Shown: positions 60,531 through 64,000 of the stretch, piece after piece | Layout of the letters: each line of letters begins with the position of its first letter | How positions within the stretch are numbered: the first letter of the stretch is position 1 | Assembly: GCA_030390025.1 (NCBI GenBank) | Contig: CM059433.1 | Span: 28,398,001-28,462,000 of the forward strand | Direction of reading: 5' to 3' | Source: Squalus acanthias | Taxonomy: Eukaryota | DNA: 64,000 nucleotides | Made by a program: the position numbers and the translations under genes | The notes under the pieces: model-generated | What the model was told of the DNA's origin: nothing | The model's database searches: none | Seen by the model: only the letters and a program-made list of their open reading frames with translations

Positions 60531-61229
60531 GAGAATTTAGCTTTCGTCTCCTTTACCAAGAAGTCTGCCGCTCTCCAATTCGTGGATTGCTGCAGCCCCA
60601 TTTAGTGAACGAAGTTAGGAATCACAGCCAGATTTCAGAGGCTTAAACTCAGTTGATTGACGGTGACGTAATGTTAGGTGGGGTGCCACGTAAGTTAACG
60701 AGTCATATAATGTTACTCTGACAGTGCTGCATATTGGCGCATTGCTGTGTGAATGTTGCGACCACACACCATTTTTAATTAGAATGGATTAACATGATTA
60801 AGTGTGCAGTACACATTTCACTGTTTTTGATGCCCAAGTGTCTTCTGAAAATATCTCTCTGATTTAAGAATCTCTTGTGTATTTGAGAGAGGCACCGCTT
60901 TTGATAAGCAATGCATTAGATACGCTCACAGACCAGAATTAGCAGAGTGTTGTAATAAATTTTCCAAAGAGAAATGCATTCAGTTTTAAATGTGATATTT
61001 AAATATTAATGTGCTGTGGTTAGCATCTGTTTGATGGATTTACTGTATTTGGATTGCAAATTCAGAACTTGGGTTTTGTGTCCATTCTATTTGTGCTCTC
61101 ATCATGCTTCAGTTTAATAAGGCCATTTCCAACACCTTTAGCCATTTGCATTGCCTCAGGAACAGGAAAGTCTGTCGCATACAGTCAGATTGGATTGAAG
61201 AAACTGTAAAATGACTAGAAAGCTCATCA

Positions 61230-61567
61230 CCTCTAACCTCCTCCAGTCCTACAGCACTCCGGGACCTCTGCGCTCCTCTGATTCTGGTTTCTTGCGCACC
61301 CCCGACTTCCTTTGCTCCACCATTGGCAGACGTGCCTTCAACCGTCTAGGGCCTAAGCTCTGGAATTCCCTCCCTAAATCTCTGCGCCTCTCTACCTATC
61401 GCCCCTTCTTTAAGACGCTCCTTGAAACTTAACTCTTTGACCAAACTTTTGGTCACCTGTCCTAATATCTTATGTGGCTCGGTATCATTCGATAACGCTC
61501 CTGTGAAGCGCCTTGGGACGTTTTACTACATTAAAAGTGCTATATAAATGCAAGTTGTTGTTGTTGT
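61230..61567 (+). mobile_element. L2-clade LINE 3' end
   Basis: LRSSDSG..STIGRRAF..GPKLWNSLP..FKTLLET. Tail gctatataaatgcaag(ttg)n. Confidence 0.85.
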
Positions 61568-62036
61568 AACATCAAATGTTTGGAAACAGCTTAACACCAA
61601 ATTAAGTGAAGATTGCAAGTTGTTTTTTCTTTCACTAATTCTGTGAATTATTGCAAGCGCTTTTGGTGTGACTTTTTTCTAATTCTGCACTTTAGAATTA
61701 GTATAAAGCATGTGCAGCGTTATTCCCGACCCCGGTGGTTGATGAACTTGTGGTAATGATAGCCCAGGACTGCTGCGTGTTGGTTTGCTGAATTTGTTGA
61801 GCTATGAATCTATAAAATGCCATTGAAATGATTTCAATAGGTTTCCACCAAAGACAGAACTATATTGCAGTCGGAGTGTCTCGGTCGAAGTGTGGCTTTA
61901 ATCATATTCATAGTGATTCCTGGCGTGACTTCAGTGGGCCTGCTGTGGCTGCCAATTCAGGCCTGCAGTGTTTACACTGCTGCAGTCGCCGACTGTTCAG
62001 AATCTCATTACCAGTGCATTTGACAGATACTAACTT

Positions 62037-62451
62037 CAACCCTCCCAACAGTTAGGGACATGTTTACTTCGCAGGGCAGTGTCTGCCTCCCATATAGGAT
62101 TGTCCTGGATTCTCCAGGAATTAAAGATTAATCTCCAGGACACTGTTACGAGCAAACCCAGGGAGAAAAATCATAGGGACATTGAATTAAAATTGAGATT
62201 GTTTTTTCATTTTTTTTGAGCATTTATTAGTTATAGAAATATTGGAGACGGAGAGAAAGACTGTTTGACTGAGAGTCAAGCATCATCCAATCCGATAATG
62301 AACAGCCTGTTTGCTATCCAATCAGTGCGGGAAGGCGGGGCGTCACAAGGATGGACATGTCTGGTGACCAACGATGGGGGGGGCGGGTGGAGGTGGGAGG
62401 TCATGTGATGAAAGCCTCCAGGAATACGTCCAACCAGAGTTGGCAACCCTA
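62037..62451. mobile_element. hAT (Tip100/Blackjack-like) non-autonomous fragment
   Basis: Right end gttggcaacccta is typical of TAGGGTTGCCA TIRs. Repeated subterminal ctccagga motifs. The left TIR is not intact. Confidence 0.55.
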
Positions 62452-63146
62452 CTCTCTCATGATGCAGCCGCCCAACCTTTAACATATGACCTTTAGATTG
62501 GCTGAAAATGGTCATTAAAACCAGTTTTCATCATATGAACCACCAGCTTTTATAAACTTGCTTCCAGCTCTAAAATGGATAATATGAGAAGAAGCAGCAA
62601 GCTGAGAAAAAAGGCTTGAACTTTCAATTTTAGGCAGAAGAAGGGGATTAGGTAGGAATATAGGAACAGGAGTAGACCATTCAGCCCCTCGAGTCTGTTC
62701 TGCCATTCAATAAGATCATGGCTGAGCTGTATCTTAACTCCATTTAACTGCCTTGGTAAAATTAGTTTGGGTTTCAATGAACGAAAATCATGACTAGTGA
62801 CACCACTATTCTTGGCCCGAATTGAAGTGATTGGGCAATTCTCCATCAATCACGCCTGGAGACCGTGGCACTACTGTAAGTGACTGTGATTGATTTTAAG
62901 CACATAATTTGTATTATGTAACTATCCTCCGCTGACTGCATTTTGCTGGACAAATCACCCTGTTTTTATCGGGAGTCGTTGCTGTAGTTTCCAGAGATGT
63001 TGAATGCGTAATACAGTGGCTTCCTTTGCTGACTTGCGCTGCTCTTTGAATTAACTCACGAAATACCCCTCTTCATGGAGCAGAAGAGACCGCCGCCAGA
63101 CTTCTTTGAGAAGACATGGCTGACGGATCTTGGGATTTAAGTTGAC

Positions 63147-63660
63147 ACGAATATACGAAAATGAAGGGCAGGGAAAAACCAGCTGGTCCATAAGCCTGTC
63201 CCACACCGTGCTGGCCGGAGCATCGTGACTAAACACTTCTTCCCTCCCGCAACCATGTAATCTCCTGAGAGGTTTTTAAAAAAAAAAAAGTAAAATCCCA
63301 GATCTAATGAGGGGGGAAAATACTCTCTCAAATTCCTCTCCGACCGCCTCAGGTGATCGAACCCAGTCCAGGAGATCACACGGACCAAGTGTTATCTATG
63401 AAGACACTTACCTTCGATATGATGCGATCTCTGCCCCAGTCAGGAACCGGTCCAGCTCCCTGTTAAAGGCAGAGAGTCAGCACCCACTGCACCAGCCGGC
63501 AACGCATTACCGAGACTCGCTTCTCTCTGGGAAAAGAAGAACCGCCCAACATCCAGTCTATTCCGACTCTTCGAGTTTAAACTCATGTCCCCTGGTCATT
63601 CCCCAATATGTTAAACTGCAATAATCTATCAATAGGGACACTGGCCAGCCCTTTAATTAA
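63147..63660 (-). mobile_element. Divergent CR1-group LINE 3' end with a longer 3' UTR
   Basis: Reverse strand reads accaggggacatgagtttaaactc..ttcttttcccag (TRGH.FKL..FFSQ). Tail atggaccagctggtttttccctgcccttcattttcgtatattcg. A short ordinary CR1 tail lies at 62655-62760 (-). Confidence 0.65.
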
Positions 63661-64000
63661 TAAGAAAAATAAGTGCCTTGGGACGTTTTACTACGTTAAA
63701 GGCTCTATATAAATACAAGTTGTTTTAATTATTTTATAGATCTCTATCAGGCAACCTCTAAGTCAGTGATCATTTTAATGCACTCAGAGGCTCTTGGTAA
63801 ATCAGTAGATGAATTTATGTCTGGAGAAAGGTGCAGACTTCGTACGAAACTGGTATGGTTTCTAGACGAAAGGTAACTGTAGACTGAAGGGACTAACGGA
63901 AAGGTACAAATCTTCATTGGGAGAACTTGGATGGCTATAAGGTGTTGATTTAATATATTTCTGATACTAAGGGGAAGTGAGTGGAATAAAAAACCAAATT

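Noticed and set aside
63850..63900. gacgaaaggt..ctgaagg as another hammerhead
   Set aside because: Lacks the CUGANGA-helix II-GAAA order; the region looks more like very decayed CR1 RT.
54502..64000. Next PRIM2 exon (FDK.Y.Y.IRH..GKEG)
   Set aside because: No match seen; it probably lies beyond the window.

Overview
Eukaryotic genomic DNA, very repeat-rich. Its repeat content (CR1/HER1-type LINEs, Deu-domain tRNA-SINEs, Penelope-like elements, L2, RTE) points to a cartilaginous fish, most likely a shark; this is inference, not a database hit. The only host coding sequence I can support is three + strand exons of PRIM2 (DNA primase large subunit) at 37044-37108, 53993-54065 and 54316-54501. 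They splice in frame through GT-AG introns to 108 aa: [109 protein letters not shown] did not find the flanking exons, so the rest of the window is probably PRIM2 intron. Nearly all ORF-track entries are decayed transposon fragments or chance ORFs. Notable non-coding structure: (i) about 11 minimal hammerhead-ribozyme motifs carried by Penelope terminal repeats, 6 of them in the PRIM2 sense orientation; (ii) recurrent fold-back insertions with both 3' ends facing outward in three unrelated retroelement families, one flanked by a 13-bp TSD; (iii) an LF-SINE-like relic; (iv) two SINE/LINE shared-tail pairs; (v) several TIR MITEs with TSDs and nested insertions. I do not see a clearly novel protein-coding system. 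TE boundaries are approximate (tens of bp) unless TIRs or TSDs are quoted. Family names come from remembered motifs, not searches.
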